The position numbers and the translations under genes were made by a program. Source: Chiloscyllium plagiosum (lineage: Eukaryota). From it: a stretch of DNA of 60,853 nt. The stretch covers positions 99,869,760 through 99,930,612 of the forward strand of contig NC_057718.1 of the NCBI RefSeq assembly GCF_004010195.1, in the 5' to 3' direction. The notes beneath the pieces are model-generated. The model was not told where the DNA came from. It ran no database searches and saw only the letters and a list, made by a program, of their open reading frames with translations. Below are positions 1-12,628 of this stretch, piece by piece (the stretch's first letter is position 1; the number at the start of each line of letters is the position of its first letter).

Positions 1-2880
1 GTGTACCCGGAGTGGGGATGGTCAGTGTGCCCAGAGTGGGGACAGTCAGTGTGTCCGGAGTGGGGACGATCAGTGTACCCGGAGTGGGGATGGTCAGTGT
101 CCAGAGTGGGGTTGGTCTGTGTACCCGGAGTGGGGATGGTCAGTGTGCCCAGAGTGGGGTTGGTCAGTGTACCTGGAGTGGGATGGTCAGTGTGTCCGGA
201 CCGGGGATGGTCAGTGCACCCAGAGTGGGGATGGTCAGTGTGTCCGGACTGGGGATGGTCAGTGTGCCCAGAGTGGGGACAGTCAGTGTGTCCGGTGAGT
301 GGATGGTCAGTGTACCTGGAGTGGGGATGGTCAGTGTGTCCGGACCGGGGATGGTCAGTGTGCCCTGAGTGGGGACAGTCAGTGTGTCCGGTGAGTGGAT
401 GGTCAGTGTACCTGAAGTGGGGATGGTCAGTGTGTCCGGAATGGGGATGGTCAGTGTACCTGGAGTGGGGATGGTCAGCGTGTCCGGAGCAGGGATGGTC
501 AGTTTGTCCAGAGCGGGGACTGTCAGTGTACCCCGTGTGGGGACGGTCAGTGTGCCGAGAATGGGGATTGTCAATGCACCCAGACTGGGGATGGTCAGTG
601 TGTCCGGAATGGGAATGTTCTGTGTACCCAGAGTGGAGAGGGTCAGTGTGCCCTGAGTTGGGATGGTCAGTGTGTCCAGAGCAGGGATGGTCAGTGTAGC
701 TGGTGTGGGGATGGTCAGTGAGTCCGGAGTGGGGTTGGTCAGTGTGTCCTGAGTTGGGATGGTCAGTGTACCCAGAGTGGGTATGGTCAGTGTGTCCGGA
801 GTGGGGACAGTCAATGTGTTCTGAGTGGAGATGGTCAGTGTGTCCGGAGTGGGGATGGTCATTGTGTCCGGAGTGGGGATGGTCAGTGTGCTTGGACTGG
901 GGATTGTCAGTGTACCCAGAGTGGGGATGGTCAGTGTTTCCGGAGTGGGGATAGTCAGTGTGTCCGGAGTGGGGATGGTCAGTGCGTCCGGAGTGGGGAT
1001 GGTCAGTGTGTCCGGAATGGGGATGGTCAGTGTGTCCGGAATGGGGATGGTCAGTGTACCCGGAGTGGGGAGGTTCAGTGTACCTGGAGTGGGGATGGTC
1101 AGTGTGTTCGGAATGGGGATGGTCAGTGTACCCGGAGTGGGGACGGTCAGTGTGTTTGGAGTGGGGATGGTCAGTGTGTCCAGAACGGGGATGGTCAGTG
1201 TACCCGGAGTGGGGATGGTCAGTGTACCCAGAGTGGGGAGGGTCAGTGTACCTGGAGTGGGAATGGTCAGTGTATCCGGAGTGGGGATGGTCAGTGTGCC
1301 TGGAATTGGAATGGTCAGTATGCCTGGAGTTGGGATGGTCAGTGTGTCCAGACTGAGGGTGGTCAGTATACCTAGAGCGGGAATGGTCAGTGTGTCTGGA
1401 ATGGAGATGGTCAGTATGTCCAGAGCAGGGATGGTCAGTGTGCCTGGAGTGAGGACGGTCAGTGTGTCCAGAGTGGGAATGGTCAATATGTCCAGAGCAG
1501 GGATGGTCAGTGTGTCTGGAGTGGGGATGGTCAGTGTGTCAAGACTGGGGGTTGTCAGTGTACCCAGAGCGGGAATGGTCAGTGTGTCTGGAATGGAGAT
1601 GGTCAGTGTACCTAGAGTGGAGACGGTCATTGTGCCCGGAGTGGGGATGGTCAGTGTACTTGGAGTGAGGACAGTCAGTGTGCATGGAGTGGGGATGGTC
1701 AGTGTTCCCGGAATGGGGATGGTCAGTGTGTCCAGAGCGGGGATAGTCAGTGTATCCAGAGCGGGAATGGTCAGTGTGTCTGGAATGGAAATGGCCAGTA
1801 TGTTCAGAGCAGGGACGGTCAGTGTGTCCAGAGTGGGGATGGTCAATATGTCCAGAGCAGGGATGGTCAGTGTGCCCAGTGCAGGGAAGCTCAGTGTGTC
1901 TGTAGCGGGGATGGTCAGTGTTCCGGAGCGGGGATAGTCAGTGTGTCCGGATCAGGGAAGCTCAGTGTGTCTGTAGCAGGGATGGTCAGGGTGTTTGTAG
2001 TGGGGACGATCAGTGTGTCCGGAATGGGGACGGTTAGTGTGTCTGGAATGGGGACGCTCAGTGTACCCGGAGTGGGGATGGTCAATGTACCCGGAGATGG
2101 GATGGTCAGTGTGTCTGGAACAGGGATAGTCAGTGTGTCCGGGGTGGGAATGGTCAGTGTGTCCAGAGTGCGGATGGTCAGTGTGTCCGGAGTGGGAATG
2201 GTCAGTGTGTCAGGAGTGGAGATGGTCAGTGTGTCCGGAGCGGGGATAGTCAGTGTGTCCGGAGTGGGGATGGTCAGTGTGTCCAGAGTGCGGACGGTCA
2301 GTGTGTCCGGAGTGGGAATGGTCAGTGTGTCCGGTGCAGGGATAGTCAGTGTGTCCGGAGTGGGAATGGTCAGTGTGTCCGGAGTGGGGATGGTCAGCGT
2401 GTCCGGAGTGGAGATGGTCAGTGTGTCCATAACGGGGAAGCTCAGTGTGTCCGGAGATGGGATGGTCAGTGTGTCTGGAGCGGGGATAGTCAGTGTGTCC
2501 GGGATGGGAATGGTCAGTGTGTCCAGAGTGGGGGCGGTCAGTGTGTCCGGAGTGGGAATGGTCAGTGCTTCCGGAGTGGAGATTGTCAGTGTGTCCAGAG
2601 CGGCGATGGTCAGTGTGTCCGGAGTGGGAATGGTCAGTGTGTCCAGAGTGGGGATGGTCAGTGTGTCCGGAGTGGCAATGGTCAGTGTGTCCAGCGCGGA
2701 GCAGGGATGGTTGTTGGTCTGGGGTCCGGAACAGGTGGTCAGTGGTTTGTGAGCCTGATCAGTGGGAATGGTCAGTGCGTCCGGAGTGGAGATTGTCAGT
2801 GTGTCCAGAGCGGTGATGGTCAGTGTGTCCGGAGTGGGAATGGTCAGTGTGTCCGGAGTGGGGATGGTCAGTGTGTCCAG
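1..2880. repeat. 24-bp G-rich minisatellite, consensus GGAGTGGGGATGGTCAGTGTGTCC, ~120 copies; runs off the window start
   Basis: Unit is directly visible; its 8-aa periodic translations (VSGVGMVS / CPEWGWSV / TLTIPTPD) explain all ORFs in 1-2955. Confidence 0.97.
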
Positions 2881-3059
2881 CGCGGAGCAGGGATGGTTGT
2901 TGGTCTGGGGTCCGGAACGGGTGGTCAGTGGTTTGTGAGCCTGATCAGACCACATGTGGAAGCCCCTTCATTGATCTACTGTCGGGCCTTTATAGAAAGA
3001 CTGTAACGTTTATCTTTTTAAGTGTAGTTCTAATTTCTCTAACGTGTATAATGAATAAC

Positions 3060-3243
3060 TGTCAGGTAATGTCAGTTTTTTTTCTTTATTTCTCTGTTAT
3101 GTATCTAAGATTTGTATCTAGGTTCTTTGTACCTAAGATGGGCGGTGACAAAGATGGGTACAGTGATGGGCGGCGACATTGTAACCTTTTCCGTGCACCT
3201 CTGTACTTGAGTACATGTGGCAATAAACCTATTTCTAAATCTC
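3060..3243 (+). mobile_element. LINE 3' end (Rex1/Babar-type tail)
   Basis: ...TTTGTACCTAAGATGG...GTACATGTGGCAATAAACCTATTTCTAAATCT; related tails occur in reverse near 16570, 29790 and 54110. Confidence 0.45.
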
Positions 3244-3295
3244 TGGAAGCTATGCAGAAACTCCCTATTGCGACCCTAGATTGGCTCGTGCCACA

Positions 3296-4186
3296 TGTTA
3301 TGATCCTAAGGAATGGTACTGCCAGAGAGGTTAAACCCCAGGATGGATTGTGGCCTAATAGATTTTATTTTTGTCTCTTTTAGTTCATGGGGTGTCCACT
3401 GACTAAAATATGGTCACATGATGCTGCAGAGCTCCTTTGAAAACAACAGAGAAGTTTATTACGCAAAAGTTGGGAACAAGAAAAAGACTATCTGGATGCA
3501 AAACATCGTTAGGAAAATTGGGAAACATTGAGTGAAACAGAATTTATCAATAGCACTACTTCACAATGACTCCAATACAGAGAAGTTACACCTCAACATC
3601 AAAACTTTAAGTTTGATTTAACTGATCATCCCCAATTTCAATCCTGTAAAATGTGAAGTCTTCTGAAATGAATACTCACAAAACTGAGAGCTTAGATTTT
3701 CTCAGCTTCTAATAACACAAGGATTTTTAATCAAACTCTCCTGGTCTGGAAGTTACAAAACTAAACTTTTCGACTGAAGTAACTTATTCCTTTTCACTAG
3801 TCTGAAGCATTGTTTCAAGGGGAGAGACTGTACTTGCATATTATCCCAGTCAGGTCTTCCTGAACTGCCCTAAACACTGTCTCTCTCTCAGCTTTCTAAA
3901 CCAAAAATCAATCTTTGATTATTTTAAACTGAAAATAGGAGTACAATGTCTACTCCACAGGCTGTAAACCACCACAGTATAAAGATTTTGCCATTAACAC
4001 TCCAGGGACCCCTCCCCTCTGACACGCATTAGATTTGATCACTGTCCTGGAAGGACTTTCTGACCTAGAGTTTTCCTACAAGTAATTACAGATATGTACC
4101 TAACAAGCATATTGCACTATTTTGAAATCAACACTCTCGAAATGATCTTAATATATAAACATAAATCACACACATTTCATCAAACA
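3296..4186 (-). mobile_element. Possible solo LTR
   Basis: Minus strand would read TG...GATCATAACA with AATAAA ~160 nt before the end (TTTATT at ~3455); no clear TSD. Confidence 0.3.
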
Positions 4187-4494
4187 CGCTGAGTCCAATT
4201 CAATAAATAATGTAGGAAGGAACTGCTGTTGTATTGGATAATGGAAATATCAGAAAACTACTTGAGAGAAAGGAATGGTTGGCAGCTTCAGTGAACACAA
4301 CCAGCCCTACTCAGCCTCTCCTCATAAGACAATCCCTCCATCCCTGGGATCAGCCGAGTGAACCTTCTCTGGACTGCTTCCAACGCCAGCATATCTTTCA
4401 CTAAATAAAGAACCCAAAACTGTTCACTGTATTCTAGTTGTGATTTCTTTTTGGTGGGTACTGGCTCAGTGTTAATGACTGTCTATGAAATCTC

Positions 4495-5285
4495 CTCATA
4501 CGCACACACACTATCACTCATACACACACTCTCTTACAGACTCTGTCTCTCATACACACACTCTTTCACATACACACACTCTCACTCACTCGCACACACT
4601 CTCATACACACTCTCTCACACACACACATTCTGTCTTTCACACACACACACACACTCTATTACATAATCTATTGCATATATCACACTATTACATAGTACA
4701 ACCATCTGATGAAGGAGCAGCGCTCCGAAAGCTAGTGCTGTTGTGTGATTTTTAACTCGATTACATGCACACACATACACACACACACACATATACACAC
4801 ACTCACACAGACACACATGCTCTCTCCCATACATACACACGGTCTCTCACACATTCACTCCCTCTCTCTGTCTCTCTCTCCTATTACATAGTACAACTAC
4901 CTGAAAGCTAGTGTTTCCAAATAAACCTGTTAGATTATAAACTGCTGTTGCGTGATTTTTAACTCTATTATATACACACACATACACACACTCTCTTTCT
5001 CATCCACACTCTCTCTCACACACTCTCTCTCACACACATATATATATGCATACTCACACACACGCACTCTGTCTCACACATAAACACACTCTCTCACACA
5101 CACACATTCTTTCCCTCTCTCTCCCACACACACAATCTCACATTCATTCACACACACAGTCTCTCTCTCATACACACACACATACACTGATTCACACACA
5201 CTCTCTCTCTCCCTCTCTCTCTCACACACACACTCTCTCTTCCACACTCTCTCTCTCTGTCTATCACATGCATACACACATTTTA
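4495..5285. repeat. Compound (CA)n/(CT)n microsatellite with embedded Penelope-terminal fragments
   Basis: Direct; explains the His/Thr and Cys/Val ORFs. Confidence 0.95.
4703..4737 (+). ncRNA. Minimal hammerhead ribozyme motif (PLE family B)
   Basis: CAT-CTGATGA-A-GGAGC-AGC-GCTCC-GAAA-GCTA-GTG: core boxes, 5-bp helix II, palindromic AGCT in place of helix III, 3-bp helix I. Confidence 0.6.
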
Positions 5286-6654
5286 CATGAAGGCCTGCAT
5301 ATCTTCCCATTGTATCAGTTCGAGGGCTGGATGGTAGCCCAGTCAGATGCCATTGTGTTCACCTCTGGGCACAGATGAAGCACAGATTCATTAAGCTGCT
5401 ACCAGGGTTAAACAAACGCACTGGACAAACTCGGCTTGTACCTTCTCGAGTGTAGACGATTAAGAGGTGATTTAACTGACAGGATGGATATAAGTGTGGA
5501 GTGGGTGTGGGATGGTTTTTCTCAGTCAATCTATCCTTCCTTAGATAAAGTGCCCAAAACTGATCATGGTATTTTAGCTGTGGTCTGACTAGTGCTCTGT
5601 ATAGATTTAGTAAACCCTCACCCCTTTGAACTGAAAGATAACATTGCACTTCCCTTCCCTATTGGCTGCTGAATTAGAATGCTAACGTTTTGTGATTTCT
5701 ACACCAGGAATCCCAAATCCCTCCATTCTATAGTTTGCTGCAGTCTTTTGGTTAAGAGTTTACCACATTGCTGTGGGTCTGGAGTCCAATTAGGCCAGAC
5801 CAGGTAGGGACAGCAGATTTCCTTCCCTGAGGGACATTAATGAATCTGATGGGTTTTTAAAACAATCAATAGTAGTGGTCAGGGTCACTCTTACTGAGAT
5901 TAACTTCATATTCCTTTTAAGATGAAGTTCACCTCTGAGAAACACACTATGCTGTTCCTCCACTGTCACTGGGTCAAACTCCTGGAGTTCCCTCCCGAAC
6001 AGCACTGTAGAGGTCCCTACATCATATGGACCACAGCCATTCAAGATGGTGGCTCACCACCCTCTTTCGAGGGCTATTAGGGATGGGCAATAAATGCTGG
6101 CCCAGCCCGTGATGTCTATGTCCAATAGACCATAAGGTACAGGAGCTGAATTAGGCCATTCGATCATGGCTGACATGTTTCTCAGCCCCACTGACCTGTC
6201 ACCTTGTGAATAAAAAACATACAAAGGTGAAGGTTTGATCCTCCCGCTCCGAAATACTGTTCCAGTGAAAGAGAAACGTTTGGCAAACTGAATTGTCCTT
6301 CACACTAATTACAAGAAGGAGTTAGATCCAGTTCTTTGTGCTAAAGGGATCAAAGGGTATGGTGAGAAAATGGGATGGGTTGGATGATCAGCTGTGATCG
6401 TACTGAATGCCAGAGCAGGCTCGATGGGTTGAATGGCCTACTCCTGCTCATAATTTCTAGGTTTCTATGAGATAAATAACCCCTGGAACTGTGCACCTAA
6501 ATATCATCCAGTCAGTGAGAAACAGCCACTGTCCTGTCTGTAATTTTATAACTAAGGGGGACCCAAGCATCCATGGAGTGATCAAGGCCCTTAAGCAGTC
6601 AATCACTATCCACAGGGCCACTCCTTACTCTGTCACTGCATAGAGTCCAGCATG

Positions 6655-6965
6655 GAGAGGCCAGGGACAGGGAGGGGTAGGATGGGGAGGGGAATGGGGA
6701 TGGGGAAGGGGTGGGGAAACACAATATGGGGAGGGAGAGAAGAACAGGCAGGAGATAAGGANNNNNNNNNNNNNNNNNNNNNNNNNNNNNNNNNNNNNNN
6801 NNNNNNNNNGGAAAGGATGGGGAGGAATACTGGAAAAGGCAAGATGGAGAGGGGGAAGACAGGGGAGGGGTGTATGAGGGAGGAGAGGGAAAGGAGTTTG
6901 GGAAAGGGCAGGGGAGAGGGGATGGGGGCGGCGGGGGAATGGGTGGGGAGGAAGGAGGATAGGAC
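6655..6965. repeat. Purine-rich (G/A) low-complexity tract containing an N gap
   Basis: Direct. Confidence 0.85.
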
Positions 6966-7544
6966 AGCCAGACAGTCAGTGGGGCTGAGCTTACTGGGGT
7001 GTTAGCCAGGGTGGGAGCTGGGCTGCTATCTCTCAGCAGACTTTCTCAATCAGGCCTTCATCCCAAAGCACATCCCTCCATTCCTCCATCCACCTCCTCT
7101 GCATTTCCTCCTACCCTGGCCTTTCCAGTATGTCACCCCCTCAACTGCGTCCGCCCCCACCTCCCCACATCCACCTCCGTGAGAATACCTTCGGGCGTGG
7201 TCCCGGCCTTTAGAAACTGGCATCTACCTGCAGTTCCAGCACAGGCCACCACTCCCAATAGCACTGTTGGTCAATCAGATTAGGTGAGTAAGGGGCACTA
7301 GTCATGTCTCAAGCCAGTTAATGCTCCATCTCTTTGATAGTGGTTAGGAAGCTGAGTCAACATAAAAATCCTGCCTTTGGTCACCATCGCAAAGACTTGG
7401 CCCTTCCCCCTGGTTACCAACTTCAACGGTTTACCAACTGGCATGTGAACAATGCCAACAGTGTTCAGAAATGAGTGCTGGAACCGATCCTAACACAATC
7501 TAGAGACAGTCCACCACCATTAAACAACTGCATACATGCATTCC

Positions 7545-7990
7545 CGAATATTACTGAAAAGAGAGACATTTTGCCAAAGTACTCATCAGGGCAAATACAA
7601 GAATGCAATATTACAAATAATAACAACTTATACTGAAGGGGAAAGGAGTGTTGGTTGATTGGGAGATCAATTCTGATTGGCTGGAATGTCACCTTGGGAA
7701 AATGACATGTTTCAGCTGAAACTAATAGTTAATTCAGGAAAGGGACTTGGCTGGACATATTCCTTTTGCTTGCAGAGTGCAGGTCCCTGTGAATGAAGCT
7801 AGTGTGCTACAGACGGCAAAACAAAAACTGCTAATAAACACAATTATTTTGCCTTAATCTGGTCGTTAACAAAGCTGGTAGTACACTTGGGATTGTTCAA
7901 CAAGTGCTGCCCAATATTCTATCCAACCTAGCAGAAGACATCTTATTTTGGCTTTTCCAAGTGTGGGCTGGTTAAGCTAGTTGTTTGACA
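7545..7990 (-). mobile_element. Decayed Penelope-like element 3' end (GIY-YIG C-terminus plus pseudo-LTR)
   Basis: Minus-strand peptides IGQHLLNNPKC (~7880-7915) and QGPALCKQKEYV (~7755-7790), typical of the PLE endonuclease end; CTGATGAG remnant at ~7585. Confidence 0.6.
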
Positions 7991-9423
7991 TTGTTACTAA
8001 GCAATGGCTACGTGAATGGTATTTTTCATGAACGGGATGTTACCCTAAGCCCAAAAGACTTTTAAAAAGCAAACAATAGGGAACTCATTGTGTTGGGAGT
8101 GTGGTAGCTAGTTTCTTGCAAAGTAAATATTTTCAACATGTAATATCTGGTCAAGCATCCTTATTGCCCCAACAAAATGGTTAATTTGAAAAAGGCACCC
8201 TCTAGGAACAGGCACAAATAGTAAACAGAGAGTCATGTAGTATGAAAACATGCCTTTCGGCCCTTCATGTCTATGCTCCATTAAACTGCATTCAGTCCAT
8301 AGTCTACAGTGTTTGGGCATTTTAGAATCCCTACAGTGGAGATTAGGATCTCCTCAGTTGAGGACTGACTTCAAGCTGGCTGGCCACAGATAAACCACCA
8401 GATGAAGGTGGCTCTGAAAGCTACGTGCTTCCAAATAAACCTGTTGGACTATAACCTGGTGTTGTGTGATTTTTAAACTAGTGACTATGGGTGACAGGAC
8501 ATCAAACCTCTGTACAGTTATTTCACAAGGTTGTAGTCATACGGGATTTCAATTTCGCTGACATTAGCTGTGATCCCATTACTGTGAAACGGTGCAATTT
8601 TTAAAAGTGTATCCAGGACAGCTTGTCACTTCAGTACGTAGATAGTCTGACTGGAGAATGGGGCAGTGCTAGAACTAAATCCAGGGAATGGAACTGGTCA
8701 AGTGATTCCGTGTCAAGTGGGGGAGCATTTTGGGGGATGGTGGTCACAACTCTTAAGTTTCAAAGTCATGATGGAAAGCGATAAGAATAGTGCAGAAGTT
8801 CAGTATCTAAACTGGGGGAAGGCTGATTTCAATGTCATCAGATAAGACAGAGAGAAAAATACCGACAGTGTTGAAGCAGGCCATTCAGCCCATTGAGCCC
8901 ATACTGACCCTCCGTAGAGCTTCTCAGCATCCCTTCTCCTATCACCTTGCATTTCCCATGGCCAGTTCACTCAGCTTGCACATTCCTGGACCCCGTGGGC
9001 AAATGATAAAACCTCATCCAGATGCTCACCCAGTATGATCAGTGGGAAAGATGTCACTCTGAGTGGGAGTTTGCCAGTTCTGTTGTGGCAAGATAAATTT
9101 GGCCAAAATGTTATTTTATCGCGGGCTCTCATGGTGCAGTGACAGTGCCCCTGTCTCAGAGGCAGGAGTCGTCAGTTCAAGTCCCACCTGCTCCAGAGGT
9201 GTGTCATACCACCTCTGAACAGGTTGGTTACAGAAACATGTACAAAGCCATGGAAAGGGAGGGGATAACTGACATCTGCAATTCAGCGTTTCTTGGCAGT
9301 AGCTACTCCAGAATGCAGATATTCCGACGAGAACATCATCCAGTTAGTCAACTTCATATGTTTTCTTTGTTTATTTTTAAAATGGTTTTGTTTTCAGCTC
9401 TCCCAGGGCAAACCAACACAAAG

Positions 9424-9692
9424 GGGCAGCATGGTGGCTCAGTGGTTAGCACTGCTGCCTCACAGCGTCAGGGACCCGGGTTCGATTCCAGCCTCGGGTG
9501 ACTCTGTGGAGTTTGCACGTTCTCTCCGTGTCTGCCCCCCACAATCCAAAGATGTGCGGGTTAGGTGAATTGGCCATGCTAAATTGCCCACAGTGATAGA
9601 TGCATGAGTAGGTGGGTGGGTTACTCTTCAGAGGGTCGGAGTGGACTTGTTGGGCTGAAGAGCCTGTTCCTGCACTGTAGGGAATCTAATCT
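9424..9692 (+). mobile_element. HE1-like tRNA-derived V-SINE
   Basis: GGTGGCTCAGTGGTTAGCAC A-box, GGTTCGATTCC B-box, V-domain, CR1-shared tail GGACTTGTTGGGCTGAAG. Confidence 0.85.
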
Positions 9693-11056
9693 AAAAAAAA
9701 AGCAGAGACAGAGAGAGGCACAGGCTGCAGAAAGTGCTGCATTGCTGAAGGATACAGTCAGTCTGTTTTTATTGTTGTAATTCCCTGTGCAGGTTTGAAT
9801 GGCTGGGGTTCAGTTCATCTGGACTGCAGTGAGCAATGTTCTGGAGGAGGACTAGGGGGCCAATGTTGAGGCTTGTGCAGACTGTACACACAATAGATGA
9901 AGGCAGCGTGTTCCCTTTACAGAAAGCAAGTTCCTGTCTTAAAAGCACAGCTGGGAGTTCTCTCTCCCTCTCTCTCTCTCCACCCTTTTCCTGTATGGTT
10001 CTTGACACTGCCCCCCCCCCCCCCCCCCCTCACTCTCACACAATACAGACACTGACTGCACACTGAAATCCCTCTTCTTCTTTCCTGCATGTGTTTTTTT
10101 TTAGTTTGTTTTTGGAGGGTGGGAAGGGGAGGAAGAGACAACACGACTTCCCCCAACAAACCGAGTCGACACCGGAACAGGTCAGTAATACCCTCTTTGA
10201 ATGGAGTGGGGGTGCTGAGTTAGACTGGGGCTATGTGTCTGTGTCTGTGTGTCGGTGTGTGTTGGAGGGAGGGAGGGAGGCGGGAGGCACCATTTACAGA
10301 CAATGCGTGGGGCAGGGGGCGGTGTGAAATGGGGTCCTCCAGCAATCAGCCCGCATTGTGTTCTTGTCTGAAGCCGATCCTTTGTTTTTAAGGGTGTAAG
10401 ATGCAGAGAAAGTTTTGTAAGAGGTGCTGCTGCTGGTGGTGGAGGAGAGAGGGTGGGGGTGCTGCTGTGTTTGCTCTCAGTTCGGTTTTTAGCTCATTTT
10501 CAGGGATAATAAAGTTTCATGTTTCTTCATTTCCCTTCCTTGTCTTGTCCCAAACTGGTATTATTTTATGTGTGTGTGTTGGGGTGGGGGGAGAGGAGGG
10601 AGAGCACAGCTCTGCATTCTCACTGTTTTCCCACCCTGTGGTGGGGAGTGTATGGTACTGGCTGTGAACAAACTCCATCCTCTCCCTCTCCCTCTCTCGC
10701 AGGGCAGCTGTTTGGAGGCACAGGAAAAGAGCATTTAGCACAGGCTGTAGGAACACAATGGGAACTTGTTTCGACACGATCCCATCCCCAATCTAATGGG
10801 AGTTGGGGATCAGAGAGTGATGAAAAGTTGGTTAGACTTGGGGGGGGGGTAAAAGTTAGGTCTTACTGAAGTTTTATTCTCTCCCCCCCCCCCCCCCCCC
10901 CAGTTTGCAGTGATCTGAGAAATTGCATCTGAATCTAATTTTATGTTACTTGCTTGAGAAAAAAACATTGTTTGAGGCCACTGTTATGTTGCGACCAATT
11001 ATGTTAAAAGATATTCCATGATGAGTTTTGCTGTAAAGAGGGAGGTGTTCCCTGAA

Positions 11057-12338
11057 GGGAATAAATACCAGCCCAGCCAGCAACACCCACATCCCACAAA
11101 AGAGTATTTTTAAAAATCGGTGGAGAGAGAAACAGAGGTAAAGCTTTGAGCCCAGTATAATACTCCCTCGGAACTGTTTGAACATTCTGAAGAAGTCATA
11201 CTGACCATGGAGCATTAACTCTGTTTCTCTCTCCATAGATGCTGCCAGACCTGCTGAGTTTCTCCAGCATTCTCTGTGTTTGTTTCAGATTTCCAGCATC
11301 TGTAAAATTTTGTTTCAATTAACTTTATACTGGAATGGAGATACATCATAAAAGCTCACTTTTACTCAATGAGCAAAGACTTATTGTTGAAAGTTATTGT
11401 AGAATGCCAGGTTTCACTGTAGACAGCATGAAAAAAGGCCCTTCAGCCCATCAAATCTGTGCCAGTCAAAAGCAACCACCTAACTATTCTAGTCCTGTTT
11501 TCCAGAACTTGGCCCATAGCCTTGTGTGCCATGGCATTGCTAGTGCACATGTACAGCATGGAAACAGACCCTTCGGTCCAACTCATCCATGCTGACCAGA
11601 TATCCTATCTAGTCCCGTTTGCCGGCACTTCTAAGCCCCTCCTATTCATGCATCCATTCAGATTCTTTTAAATGCTGCAAGGTACCAGCCTCCACCACAT
11701 CCTCTGGCAGCTCATTCTATACACGTACCACCCTCTGCGTGAAAAGGTTGCCCCTTAGGTCCCTTGTAAATCTTTCCCCTCTCACCCTAATCCTTTGCCC
11801 TCTAGTTTAGGACTCCCCCACCCCAGGGAAGTGACTTCTTAAATGAGGGTTTCTGCCTCTGCTACCTTTACCGTTGAATGATGATAGTAATTGGGAAAAC
11901 GGTGCTGATTGTTTGGCAAGTCTGTGAGTTTGATTTAATGTGGACTAATTAACACGGGGGCTTTCTAACACTCCTGATCGATCTGTGGCTGTAAACCTGC
12001 ACTTGTGATAAGAACTCTTTGCTCATTGAGTAAAAGTGAGCTTCTATGATGTATCTCCATTCCAGTATAAAGTTAATTGAAACAAAATTTCACAGATGCT
12101 GGAAATCTGAAACAAACACAGAGAATGCTGGAGAAACTCAGCAGGTCTGGCAGCATCTATAGAGAGAGAAACCGAGTTAATGCTCCATGGTCAGTATGAC
12201 TTCTTCAGAATGTTTAAACAGTTCCGAGGGAGTATTATACTGGGCTCAAAGCTTTACCTCTGTTTCTCTCTACACCGATTTTTAAAAATACTCTTTTATG
12301 GGATGTGGGTGTTGCTGGCTGGGCTGGTATTTATTCCC
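11057..12338. repeat. Inverted duplication: arms 11057-11379 and 12016-12338
   Basis: Manual reverse-complement alignment: 323-bp arms, about 7 substitutions. Confidence 0.93.
11548..11830 (-). mobile_element. CR1 (HER1-like) LINE 3' fragment
   Basis: Reverse strand encodes QRVVRV..NELPE.VVEAG plus the conserved CR1 tail. Confidence 0.85.
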
Positions 12339-12628
12339 CATCCCTAGTTGCCCCTTGAGAAGGTGGGGGTGAGCTGCCTTCTTGAACCGCTGCAGACCAT
12401 GTGCTGTAGGTTGACCCACAATGCCCTTAGGGAGGGAATTCCAGGATTTTGACCCAGCGACAGTGAAGGAACGGTGATATGTTTCCAAGCCAGGATGGTG
12501 ATTGGCTCGGAAGGGAATTTGCAGGGGGTGGTGTTCCTATGTATCTGCTGCCCTCGTCTTTCTGGATGGAATTGGTTGTAGGTTTGGAGGTTTCAGTTTG
12601 AAGTTAGACTTGGTAACCACTATGCTTG

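Noticed and set aside
1..2948. CRISPR-like array
   Set aside because: Contiguous units with no unique spacers; vertebrate context; no cas genes
164..2955. 560-aa and 346-aa Thr/Pro-rich ORFs and overlapping + strand ORFs as mucin-like genes
   Set aside because: Pure translations of a 24-bp minisatellite, open in several frames on both strands, with frameshifts and no non-repeat domain
9424..9500. tRNA genes suggested by A/B boxes here and at other SINE heads
   Set aside because: They continue into the V-domain and LINE tail, so they are SINE heads; no complete cloverleaf is supported
11180..11310. Hammerhead in a further PLE-like terminal family (CTGAAGAAGTC...; relatives at ~12950, 43420, 58740)
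   Set aside because: The GAAA box and helix II are decayed, so it cannot be called a ribozyme
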